Assembly: GCA_964431135.1 (NCBI GenBank)
Contig: CAYSIN010000001.1
Location: 5,096 to 69,095, forward strand
Origin: an uncultured Bacteroidales bacterium
GTDB taxonomy: Bacteria > Bacteroidota > Bacteroidia > Bacteroidales > GWA2-32-17
Direction: 5' to 3'
Length of the DNA stretch: 64,000 nucleotides
Below the pieces are notes generated by a model, which saw only the letters and a list, made by a program, of their open reading frames with translations, did no database searches and was not told the DNA's origin. Shown here one piece after another: positions 46,582 through 55,271 of the stretch. The first letter of the stretch is position 1. Each line of letters starts with the position of its first letter. Made by a program: the position numbers and the translations under genes.

Positions 46582-46956
46582 ATTCGGTTTTGTTTTAATG
46601 AACTTGTTAGCAAGTCGGTATAATTACTATTTTGTAATGAGTAAAGTGAACTGCGTGAGGAACATCCCCCTTAATTCCCCCTTCAACGGGGGAGGTGTTG
46701 AGCAATAGTCCATTCCCCAAATTCCTCCCCCTTTGAAGGGGGTTTGGGGGATGTCCTATCCCATTGCACACTTCCCTATTCTTCCACACATAATACCAAA
46801 CCGCTAACAAAAGAATGAAATGAATTTCGTTGGTTTGGTTTATGCCGAATGCGAAGCACTTCGGCATCGGATTGGGTTAATGTTAATTATCACATTTACA
46901 CAACTTGTCTCGGCATCCCGTCAGAATGACGGGATGACAAGATTTTTACATTTTCT
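46582..46956. repeat. Intergenic repeat island with four different modules
   Basis: Partial MITE-like copy ending GTTAGCAAGTCGGTAT (46582-46621). 98-bp GC-rich nested palindrome (46659-46756). TA-flanked copy ATACCAAACCGCTAAC...GGTTTGGTTTA (46793-46841). 8-bp hairpin ATGCCGAA/TTCGGCAT (46842-46867). 58-bp GC hairpin module (46899-46956). Confidence 0.7.
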
Positions 46957-47015
46957 AATTATTTTTACCCTCTTTGAATACAACTTGGTATAACAGTATT
47001 TCTTTCACAGTATCT

Positions 47016-47441
47016 CTATTCTGCCTTGTTGGGCAACATATTTATAACATCGTCCAGTTTATCATCAAAACGTAAATCCTGAATTTGCCAATGGTCGCCA
47101 TGATTGTATAAATTAAATACAATTTTTATCGGCTGGCGGTCAAACAACATCAAGTATCCTAGTTGTGCAAACGAATTACCTACTTGCTTTTTTAAGTACA
47201 AATCGTAACTGTAAAATTTCCCAATAATCGGCAATGCCTTGTTAAATTTATCTTTTAACGTATTAACCACTTCTGGGTTTTGTTTTAAATACTTGTTAGT
47301 AGAAAAAACATACTGCAAACTTCGTTCAACACCATTTTTTTTAAAATGATAAAAAAATGAATCGGCAACGGCTTCGGGTGTTTGCTGCCCATACAGATTA
47401 ACTGTCATTAAAAACAGCATTGGAAAAATAATACTTTTCAT
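47016..47441 (-). CDS. Small secreted protein, unknown function
   Basis: Start at MKSIIFPMLFLMTVNLYGQ (signal peptide); 141 aa. Confidence 0.55.
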   Translation of the reverse strand: MKSIIFPMLFLMTVNLYGQQTPEAVADSFFYHFKKNGVERSLQYVFSTNKYLKQNPEVVNTLKDKFNKALPIIGKFYSYDLYLKKQVGNSFAQLGYLMLFDRQPIKIVFNLYNHGDHWQIQDLRFDDKLDDVINMLPNKAE

Positions 47442-47458
47442 AATTATAATCAATAAAA

Positions 47459-48877
47459 CTAACGATTTTCATGGTTGAATTGCTTAAAATATGGCACAAA
47501 TTCAGCATTTGGGGGTGGAGCATTTTTGTTTATAAGTTCTCCATTTGGATTAAACAGATAGTACGATGGGGTAGCCTTTACCTGTAACATCTTTTTCAAC
47601 AAATCGGGTTGAGTACAGGTAACAAAAAACCAATCAAAATTTTCTTTTTTTAGCATTTCTTTCAATGACGACAAGTTGGGATAAAGCACAACAGTAATCA
47701 TCTGCAAATTGCTATTTATAGACTTTATATTGGCTTTCATTAATCTCTGGTCGGTATAAAAATCATAACTTCTAAAATCATGTACACATACATACAAATA
47801 TTTGCCTCTGAAATTGCGTAACAGAATATTTTCGCCGTCCAGTGATTTCAATGGAATTTCATCATAGCAATATTGCATGTTCTCAGTAGAAAATTTGGTT
47901 TTTATATGCTGTGCGATGGCTCTTAATTCAGGTGTTTTTGCCACTATTCCCATAGAATCCAGTGTCATCAGCAGTTGTTTTTTTGGAAAAGAAACTTTCT
48001 GAGCGTCATTGGTTTCCATGCAGGCATCGTGCAATCCTTTTAAAATAACCAAATCTATAAGCGTATCGTTCGTTAAGGCTGGATTATGCTTTAACGTATG
48101 ACGTAATTCGTAAGGACTTTTAGCCTTAGCAATATTATCAAAAACAGGAGCACCCCATGATGTTTGGCATATGTATGAAAAATAATCCGCAAACAATTGG
48201 TTAAACATATCCATATATCCCGTGTTGGTGAGCAATACAGGTTGAGCGTTAAAATAATATTTAATAATGAAATTCTGGTCTCGTTCGTAGGACAAGTACT
48301 TTATCATTATCATTTTATAAAACATGTAATTATGAAAATATGTTGACTTGACATACGAATAATAAGTATTGAACTGTGAGATAGAAGAATCGATAAAACT
48401 TTTTCTTATTTTATAATGCAACTGTTTAATATTTTTTTCGATAAACGCATCGTAGCGATTGTCAAAATCTCCAATAGCCGTATGGGCATTGCTTGAATCA
48501 TGATTCAACACCAACGGATAAATAATAATAGGTGAAAAATATGCATTAAGCGAATCTACGACAGACATGTATTGTTTGCGTGGTATTTTGATTTGATATG
48601 AAGTATTGGGTTCAACATAAAGCCATGCTTCAAAAAAGTAAAGCGGAATATGAATCAGCATGGGTTCTTTGCATGTAAAATCTACTTTCCATTGTCCCTC
48701 TTTATTGACAGTGGAGGAGGTCAACGTATCCATAAGATTGGTGATGAAATCCTTTTCTTTCGTTACATACAGAGTATCGCCCGCATAAGATTTATTGGTA
48801 AACGAAACATGCACTTGCTGGTTAAATGCCATCAAGGCATTTAAAATAAGACAAAGCAATAAAAGAAATTTATTCAT
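47459..48877 (-). CDS. Secreted protein with C-terminal TlpA/thioredoxin-like fold lacking the CxxC motif
   Basis: Start revised to MNKFLLLLCLILNALMAF (ATG 48877, overlapping the coaD stop as ATGAATAA). The C-terminus LKSLDGENILLRNFRGKYLYVCVHDFRSYDF...ATPSYYLFNPNGELI aligns by eye to the TlpA pattern, with HDFRSYDF where W-C-x-x-C is expected. Confidence 0.55.
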   Translation of the reverse strand: MNKFLLLLCLILNALMAFNQQVHVSFTNKSYAGDTLYVTKEKDFITNLMDTLTSSTVNKEGQWKVDFTCKEPMLIHIPLYFFEAWLYVEPNTSYQIKIPRKQYMSVVDSLNAYFSPIIIYPLVLNHDSSNAHTAIGDFDNRYDAFIEKNIKQLHYKIRKSFIDSSISQFNTYYSYVKSTYFHNYMFYKMIMIKYLSYERDQNFIIKYYFNAQPVLLTNTGYMDMFNQLFADYFSYICQTSWGAPVFDNIAKAKSPYELRHTLKHNPALTNDTLIDLVILKGLHDACMETNDAQKVSFPKKQLLMTLDSMGIVAKTPELRAIAQHIKTKFSTENMQYCYDEIPLKSLDGENILLRNFRGKYLYVCVHDFRSYDFYTDQRLMKANIKSINSNLQMITVVLYPNLSSLKEMLKKENFDWFFVTCTQPDLLKKMLQVKATPSYYLFNPNGELINKNAPPPNAEFVPYFKQFNHENR

Positions 48878-49334
48878 ACAAGTCAATGCCATCGGGAACA
48901 AATTTGGATACATCGCCACCATATCGAATTATTTCACGAACAATAGTACTGGTAATGGAAGTATGTTCGGGTGTTGTAAGCAAAAAAACCGTTTCAATTC
49001 CTTCTTCCAAAAAACGATTGGTTTGAGCAATGGCACGTTCATATTCGAAATCGGCTGCTGTACGCAAGCCTCGTAATATAAAAGTTGCATGAAGTTCCTT
49101 GCATAGCGTAACCGTAAGTCCATTGTAGGTTATTATATCAATTTTTGGCTGATGATGAAAAACTTGTTTTATCCAGTATATTCTTTTTTCAATAGAAAAA
49201 TACGGAGCCTTGTTTTCGTTCGTGCCAATGGCAATATAAATTTTATCGAACAAGGGCAATGCACGATTAATCACTGATTCGTGCCCTCGTGTAATAGGGT
49301 CAAAGGAACCGGGAAAAACAGCAATGTTACTCAT
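48870..49334 (-). CDS. coaD: Phosphopantetheine adenylyltransferase
   Basis: 154 aa. AVFPGSFDPITRGHESVI (HxGH-type nucleotidyltransferase motif). Confidence 0.93.
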   Translation of the reverse strand: MSNIAVFPGSFDPITRGHESVINRALPLFDKIYIAIGTNENKAPYFSIEKRIYWIKQVFHHQPKIDIITYNGLTVTLCKELHATFILRGLRTAADFEYERAIAQTNRFLEEGIETVFLLTTPEHTSITSTIVREIIRYGGDVSKFVPDGIDLYE

Positions 49335-49359
49335 ACGAGATATTGTTTAAATCAACATT

Positions 49360-50253
49360 TTATAATGAATCCAAGATAGTTGTCAAGGCAGCATCGGAGA
49401 TGGATGTCATAGTAACGTTTGCCTGAAAATTGGCAGTAACCGCTGTTTCCTGATAATAATAATACAATTGATGACTGCTATTGATTCCTATCAAAATAAT
49501 TTTAACGTTTTGTCCAACGGGAGCATTGCCCGATGTTTGATTATACACTTGCATCAAACTTTTTAAGGATGGGAAATACATGAATGAGGCAACATTATGC
49601 AAATCGTCGGTAGTAGAAGTAAAATTACATGCAGTAAATGAGCCTGTATTAATGGCTACCTTTCCACATCCTACCCATCCAAGTTTGGCTATATTTCCCA
49701 AATATCCATAAGCCGTTGTGTTAAATACACCAACAGGGTTAGGAACCCAGTTTACATAACTTAATGTATCTACACCATAATAAATATTCATGCCCGGAAG
49801 AGGAGTTTGATTGGGTAATTCTATCGCCCATGTTTTATTGGGACGCAACAACAGTTCCTGTCCGTTTTTATAAGCCCGTATTCTTACTTCACCTCCCGTA
49901 GTAAGTAAACTGCCACTGGCAACGGTGGGCATCTGATAATAAATCATGTCTTTGGGTTTGAACAGTTCTATTAACTTAACAATATATGGATAATAAACGC
50001 TGTCTCCATTGGGGAACATTAGTTTGCTCTTGTCTGCCCATATTTTTGTTCCCTGATTACCAATAATAGGATTCGTACCATTAGTGTCGATGGTAAACAC
50101 TTGTTCCTGTTGCTTTTTTGTGTCAAAATATTCATTTATAGGATTGTATGCATTGAGTTGTTGCTCTTCAATACGGTCTTTGGAACAACTACCGAACAAT
50201 GTTATACATAGAATAATGCATCCAAAAATTTTTGTTTGATTTACCGTTTTCAT
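49360..50253 (-). CDS. Lipoprotein of unknown function
   Basis: Start revised to MKTVNQTKIFGCIILCITLFGSC (lipobox LFGSC); 297 aa. Confidence 0.55.
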   Translation of the reverse strand: MKTVNQTKIFGCIILCITLFGSCSKDRIEEQQLNAYNPINEYFDTKKQQEQVFTIDTNGTNPIIGNQGTKIWADKSKLMFPNGDSVYYPYIVKLIELFKPKDMIYYQMPTVASGSLLTTGGEVRIRAYKNGQELLLRPNKTWAIELPNQTPLPGMNIYYGVDTLSYVNWVPNPVGVFNTTAYGYLGNIAKLGWVGCGKVAINTGSFTACNFTSTTDDLHNVASFMYFPSLKSLMQVYNQTSGNAPVGQNVKIILIGINSSHQLYYYYQETAVTANFQANVTMTSISDAALTTILDSL

Positions 50254-50278
50254 TTTAAATAAAATTAAGTTAATAAAT

Positions 50279-50827
50279 TTAATCGTTATAAGCAGGACAA
50301 TAATGTATTTCATAAACATTTCTATGCTGTTTTCCGCCAGAAGAACTTCCCGAATTTTTGCAATGAAAGAAATACATAAGTCCCAACTGAAGATTAGTTT
50401 CTTTCCAATGCAGGTTATATCTATATTCCAGAAAGGGATGCAGACATCGGTTGGTTTTTATACCCAAGCCTCCTTCCAAGTCCCAATTGGAATATTTGGC
50501 ATCATTTATAGGAGAATCCTTATAATTAATCCATCCATTATAAGCACCGCCAAGTAATGCATAAAAAGTAAATTTCTTTGTACTGAATAAATTGCAATGA
50601 ATGCCAACGCCAGCATAATATTCATTGATTTTATTAAACCCCGGATAAAAAGCAACTTGAGGAACAATGCTAAACCGGTTGACAGGAAATTCTGCTCGAA
50701 TGCCCGCACCAAAACTTTCTGTTTGAAAATTATAAATAGCCGATGCACCTATGCCGAAATTTTGAGAATAGGTTGTTGCTGTAATTAGACAGATTAATAA
50801 AACGAGTATGTTTTTTTTTAAACTCAA
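50279..50827 (-). CDS. Small outer-membrane beta-barrel protein
   Basis: There is no in-frame ATG. TTG 50827 gives (M)SLKKNILVLLICLITATTYSQ (signal peptide). A near-consensus box TATATTTA (50845-50852) lies 17 nt upstream. Alternating aromatic strands, ending ...QLGLMYFF before a tail. Confidence 0.55.
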   Translation of the reverse strand: MSLKKNILVLLICLITATTYSQNFGIGASAIYNFQTESFGAGIRAEFPVNRFSIVPQVAFYPGFNKINEYYAGVGIHCNLFSTKKFTFYALLGGAYNGWINYKDSPINDAKYSNWDLEGGLGIKTNRCLHPFLEYRYNLHWKETNLQLGLMYFFHCKNSGSSSGGKQHRNVYEIHYCPAYND

Positions 50828-51004
50828 ATCGATACAATGTTTTTTAAATATATGCGACAAACCTACAATTTTTTTTTATATAAACCAATATCATGAACTA
50901 ATAAAATATTTTCATTCGTAAAGTTCATTCATGAATGGTCTATACGAGTAAATTGGGTGAAATAATCAATGGAGAAAATATTTTTTTCTTTTAAAAAAAA
51001 GTAT

Positions 51005-51012
51005 TATATTTG
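51005..51012 (+). promoter_or_regulatory. Candidate -7 box (TATATTTG)
   Basis: 42 nt upstream of ATG 51055. It overlaps the track TTG start at 51010, which argues against that start. Confidence 0.4.
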
Positions 51013-51054
51013 CCTTTAATTTTAAAGACCAACAATAATTTTAATTTTTCAATC

Positions 51055-54000
51055 ATGAAAAAGATATTTTTGCTTTTATTTATTTTTATAGCAACTTTTT
51101 CTGTTGCTCAAAAAGGTAATTCTGTAGATGTAAAACCAAAAGGAATTATACAAGTTGTTGAAAAAAATAAGAAAAGTGCTTTCAAAACAAGAATTATATG
51201 GAACAATAATGTCCAGTGCAACTCAAAAACTATTTTCTCTGCTTATATTCCAAAAGGGTTTACTTGCTTTGGCTTTGGGTGGAAATTGGCAAAAAATATA
51301 AAATCCATTGATATTAAAATTAATTATAGAGTTAAAATAGAGGATAAATGGTCGTCATATAAATTGATTCCCGGTGATATTTCTCCAAAAGAAACACCTA
51401 CCAACATGTATTGGACAGATTTGGAATTTACACCAAATCAAAATAGCGCTCACTTGATTGAGTTTGAAATAATCGGTATTGAAAATTTTTATTTAGACAC
51501 ATTCATGTTAGATATGTATTATATAGAACAGGATGTAGAATTATTAAATAATAGAATGAAAGGTATTAAAGCATCTTGCCCTTATAGACCTTATGTTATT
51601 CCACGTTCAGTATGGTTAGACCCATATTATACTCAACCACCCTATACTTCTACTATAATCAATCCAACGCATTGTGTAATTCATTACGGTGCGTCACCCG
51701 ATACTTATAACGATGGTGCTGCCATTGTTCGTTCCTATTGGAATTATCATGTTAATACTAATGGCTGGTCAGATATAGGATATAACTATCTGATAGATAA
51801 ATTTGGAAATCTATATCAGGGAAGACAAAATACAAGTCCTACTACTCAAGACGTTCAGGGTGCACATGCAGGTGCGTCTAATGCATATTCCATTGGATTT
51901 AATTTTTTAGGAAATACAGATGTAACTTTACCTACAACCATACAATTGGACACGGCTAAACAATTTTTAGCATGGTGGTTTAATTGGAGAGGTTTTGACC
52001 CAACTTCGTCGGCACTATTACAGTTGCAAAGTGGAGGTTCGGCTGTTGTACCACGTATTTTAGGACATAAAGATACAAATATAGGAGGTACAGATTGTCC
52101 CGGAACTGTTTTATATTCTAAATTAGGCGAAATCAGAACAGATACCAAAAATATTATTTCCGCATGTTCTTTTACTTCCCCTACTAATTTAACAGTTGGA
52201 ACACCTTCATGTCCAAATAATTCTGTTACTTTCAGTTGGCAAAATTCCGGTACAGGTTGGTACATCCTTCTTTCAAATTCTTCTTCCTATACCAATCCCT
52301 ATATTAAATGGGTGTCCGGATTAACATCCTATACTGGACCCGCAGGTTTTGTTTTACAAGCAGATGGAACAACACCCCTCACCTTTTTACCTTCTACTAC
52401 ATATTACTGGAAAATTTGGGATGGTTCTACTTTTACCAGTGGACCTTCGTTTACCACACTAAATTGCGATAATATTAATCCTACTACAGCCATTTCTACA
52501 CCCGTAAACTGGAAAACACAAGATTTTACAGCCACCTTTTCCGATTCAGATAACGTTAATGTGGAAAAAGCTTTTTATCAGGTACTCGATTTTGATGGAC
52601 AATATTGGAGTGCTAATCCTAATCGTGGTTTTTTTGGCGATAACTTTGATATTTTACAACCTCACTGGCACGTTTTTTCGGGTACATGGAACGTTACAAA
52701 CGGCGAACTGATACAAAGCGATGAAACGCAGAACAATACTAATATTTATGCAGCATTAACGCAAACATTGTCCAACCGTTATTTGTATCACTTTATTGCA
52801 AAACTGGGCGGAAGTGAAACAAACAAACGTTTCGGTTTTCACTTGTTCTGCGATGATGCAAACTATACTAACCGGCACAATTCTTATTTTGTTTGGTTCA
52901 GAATTGACGACCAAACACTTGAATTTTATAAAGTAGTGAACGATTCCTTTACGCAAGAACTCGTTATTCCAAATGTTACCACAAACTTGAATCAATCGTA
53001 TGATTTTAAAATAACCTACGATAGAATTTTAGGAAAAATAGCCGTGTGGCGTGATAATATTTATATGGGAAGTTGGACAGATACATCACCTTATTCTTCC
53101 AATGGAAATTATATCAGTTTTAGAACAGGGAACTGCACTATGAATATTACCGAATTAAAAGTGTATCGTTCGCGTTATCCTACGGTTACGGTTACATTAG
53201 GCGATAATACCAAAGACATACGCTATCAAAATCCCAATCCTGCCACATCATCAGCCAAAATCAAATCTATAGTCGTGGACGGGAACTATAATCTCTCGTC
53301 CATAGTTTATCACGATTTAAACGTTGACTGGACACCCCCTATCTTATCGACAGTAAACGATGGCTCTTCTTCTGATATAGATACCGTTTTCGACAATACT
53401 ACGGTATCGGTCAATTGGCAGGCAGGTGTTGATGCCCATTCAGATATTCAGGAATATTTTTATGCATTGGGTACTACTGCGGGCAGCGACGATGCCGTTG
53501 CATGGACTTCTTCAGGAACTAATACTGCGGTTACCTTGTCCAATTTGAATTTAACGTTCGGAAATAAATATTATTTCTGTGTTAAAGCGGTGAATCATGC
53601 CGGTTTGACTTGCAATCCCATTTCTTCCGATGGTTTTATTGTTTCATCGCTCAATCTTCCGGTAGCCGATTTTTATGCGGTAGAGGATACGATTTATATA
53701 TCCAACCCTACAGCACTTTTTGTCAATCAAAGTCAGCATGCTGTATCGTATTTATGGGATTTTGGTGATGGTGGAACTTCTACACAAGTCAACCCATGGC
53801 ATACGTATGCACAGACAGGTATTTATCCCATTCAACTTGTTGCCATGAACCCACCCTTTCCTAACGATACACTGTTAAAGAATAATTATCTGTATGTATT
53901 GGACAATAATTTTATCATTCCCAATCCTTATGTCCATCAAATTTATCCCAATCCGTTTATTGATAACATTCACATTGTTTTTGTCCGTCCTTTTACCGGA

Positions 54001-54168
54001 ACGATTGAACTGACCGATATGCTGGGTAGAACCATTATGAATACTGCATTTGAAAATGTATCACAAGCAAATTGTCGTATATGGCAACCACTGGAAAAAG
54101 GAGCATATATTATTAAAATAAAAAATGTACAGGGTGAAGTTATAACCTCTTCTATATTAATAAAATAA
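51055..54168 (+). CDS. T9SS-secreted N-acetylmuramoyl-L-alanine amidase (Amidase_2/PGRP-type) with lectin-like, PKD and type-A sorting domains
   Basis: Start MKKIFLLLFIFIATFSVAQ. Amidase_2 motifs: CVIHYGAS, WSDIGYNYLIDKFGNLYQGR, GAHAGASN, LGHKDTNIGGTDCPG (Zn ligands His/His/Cys). PKD (WDFGDGGTSTQVNPWHTY). CTD (IYPNPFIDNIHIVF...GAYIIKIKN). Confidence 0.85.
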   Translation: MKKIFLLLFIFIATFSVAQKGNSVDVKPKGIIQVVEKNKKSAFKTRIIWNNNVQCNSKTIFSAYIPKGFTCFGFGWKLAKNIKSIDIKINYRVKIEDKWSSYKLIPGDISPKETPTNMYWTDLEFTPNQNSAHLIEFEIIGIENFYLDTFMLDMYYIEQDVELLNNRMKGIKASCPYRPYVIPRSVWLDPYYTQPPYTSTIINPTHCVIHYGASPDTYNDGAAIVRSYWNYHVNTNGWSDIGYNYLIDKFGNLYQGRQNTSPTTQDVQGAHAGASNAYSIGFNFLGNTDVTLPTTIQLDTAKQFLAWWFNWRGFDPTSSALLQLQSGGSAVVPRILGHKDTNIGGTDCPGTVLYSKLGEIRTDTKNIISACSFTSPTNLTVGTPSCPNNSVTFSWQNSGTGWYILLSNSSSYTNPYIKWVSGLTSYTGPAGFVLQADGTTPLTFLPSTTYYWKIWDGSTFTSGPSFTTLNCDNINPTTAISTPVNWKTQDFTATFSDSDNVNVEKAFYQVLDFDGQYWSANPNRGFFGDNFDILQPHWHVFSGTWNVTNGELIQSDETQNNTNIYAALTQTLSNRYLYHFIAKLGGSETNKRFGFHLFCDDANYTNRHNSYFVWFRIDDQTLEFYKVVNDSFTQELVIPNVTTNLNQSYDFKITYDRILGKIAVWRDNIYMGSWTDTSPYSSNGNYISFRTGNCTMNITELKVYRSRYPTVTVTLGDNTKDIRYQNPNPATSSAKIKSIVVDGNYNLSSIVYHDLNVDWTPPILSTVNDGSSSDIDTVFDNTTVSVNWQAGVDAHSDIQEYFYALGTTAGSDDAVAWTSSGTNTAVTLSNLNLTFGNKYYFCVKAVNHAGLTCNPISSDGFIVSSLNLPVADFYAVEDTIYISNPTALFVNQSQHAVSYLWDFGDGGTSTQVNPWHTYAQTGIYPIQLVAMNPPFPNDTLLKNNYLYVLDNNFIIPNPYVHQIYPNPFIDNIHIVFVRPFTGTIELTDMLGRTIMNTAFENVSQANCRIWQPLEKGAYIIKIKNVQGEVITSSILIK

Positions 54169-54200
54169 GAAAATAATAGATTGCATCGCAGACAGGCGTT

Positions 54201-54503
54201 TCATACTATCTTTACTATATAACTGACAATAATTATGCACACATTGATAATAAACCAGTACAGTAAAACTTTGGCGCCATTATTAAATTTGAATTTTATA
54301 TGAAGCAGTAAATATATAAACATGCCCATCAAGGGAAGTAAGGCTGGATATGTAATAAAACTTTCATAAAAGTTGCCCTTTAACAAGGCAATAAAAGCAC
54401 GCTGCATGCCACATCCTGGACATTCTATGCCAAAATATTTATAATAAAAACATGTTCCTGCATGAGATTCGAGCCAATGTATCAACGATTCGTACAGGTT
54501 CAT
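54201..54503 (-). CDS. DUF2752-like small membrane protein
   Basis: 100 aa. CPGCGMQRAFIALLKGNF motif plus 2-3 TM helices. Confidence 0.65.
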   Translation of the reverse strand: MNLYESLIHWLESHAGTCFYYKYFGIECPGCGMQRAFIALLKGNFYESFITYPALLPLMGMFIYLLLHIKFKFNNGAKVLLYWFIINVCIIIVSYIVKIV

Positions 54504-54505
54504 TG

Positions 54506-55186
54506 CTAATCGCTATAACTCTTGTAATCCTTTGGAAGAATGAACAGATTTTTATCCAACTCTTTTTTTTCAATGGAAATAACGCGTAATGTCATTTTTT
54601 GTTCACGTAAAGTAGTACGTTCTTCGCTCAATATGGGAAAATATCCTTTACTGTCGGGTATCTTTAGAAAATAAAGGGCATGTCGCTCGGAACGATTCCA
54701 GATAGTAAGCAAATCAATAAAAAAATCAAAATTGTCTTTAGCAACCCAATACGATATTTCTGTGTTTTGTGATTTATTCCTTACTCGCCATTGATAACAC
54801 GGATAGTTTTGAATTTTTTTGCAGTTATTGGTTTTGATAATTTTATAATTTTCATCATTCATATCTATTTGTGCTGGTTTGACAGCCAAATCCAAATACA
54901 TTTTTCTTGATGGACTTACCGCCACAATAGTTTTTTTATTCAAATCAAACAGTAAATAATTATTGGCGATTCGGCATGTTTTACAGCGATTGTATTCATC
55001 CATTCTAACCATTCTACCTTTTATATAATAGGTATAATAAAAAGTATCGGATAGCATTTCCTGCGAAAAATATATACTCCCTTCAAAAGGTTTATTATTG
55101 TTACCCGTTATCGCACTGCTAACAGCCGGCTGACTTACTGCTTCCCACGATATTATGACTAAAAAAGAAAAATATAAATACTTCAT
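54506..55186 (-). CDS. Secreted protein of unknown function (paralog of 45770-46519)
   Basis: Start at ATG 55186 (MKYLYFSFLVIISWEAVSQ); the track start 55192 is TTG. See the shared motifs listed for 45770-46519. Confidence 0.6.
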   Translation of the reverse strand: MKYLYFSFLVIISWEAVSQPAVSSAITGNNNKPFEGSIYFSQEMLSDTFYYTYYIKGRMVRMDEYNRCKTCRIANNYLLFDLNKKTIVAVSPSRKMYLDLAVKPAQIDMNDENYKIIKTNNCKKIQNYPCYQWRVRNKSQNTEISYWVAKDNFDFFIDLLTIWNRSERHALYFLKIPDSKGYFPILSEERTTLREQKMTLRVISIEKKELDKNLFILPKDYKSYSD

Positions 55187-55271
55187 TGGCAATGTTAAAT
55201 TAAATCAAAAAACACTTTTTATACAGAAATATTTAAAAAAAGTTTCATTTATTTTGAAAAAAGTTTATTTT

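Noticed and set aside
46523-46867. Track ORFs 46523-46708 (plus strand) and 46607-46867 (minus strand)
   Set aside because: Both read through the MITE-like copy and the GC-rich nested palindrome on opposite strands. Their sequences (SPFNGGGVEQ, PLQRGRNLGNG) are translations of the palindrome arms, not genes.
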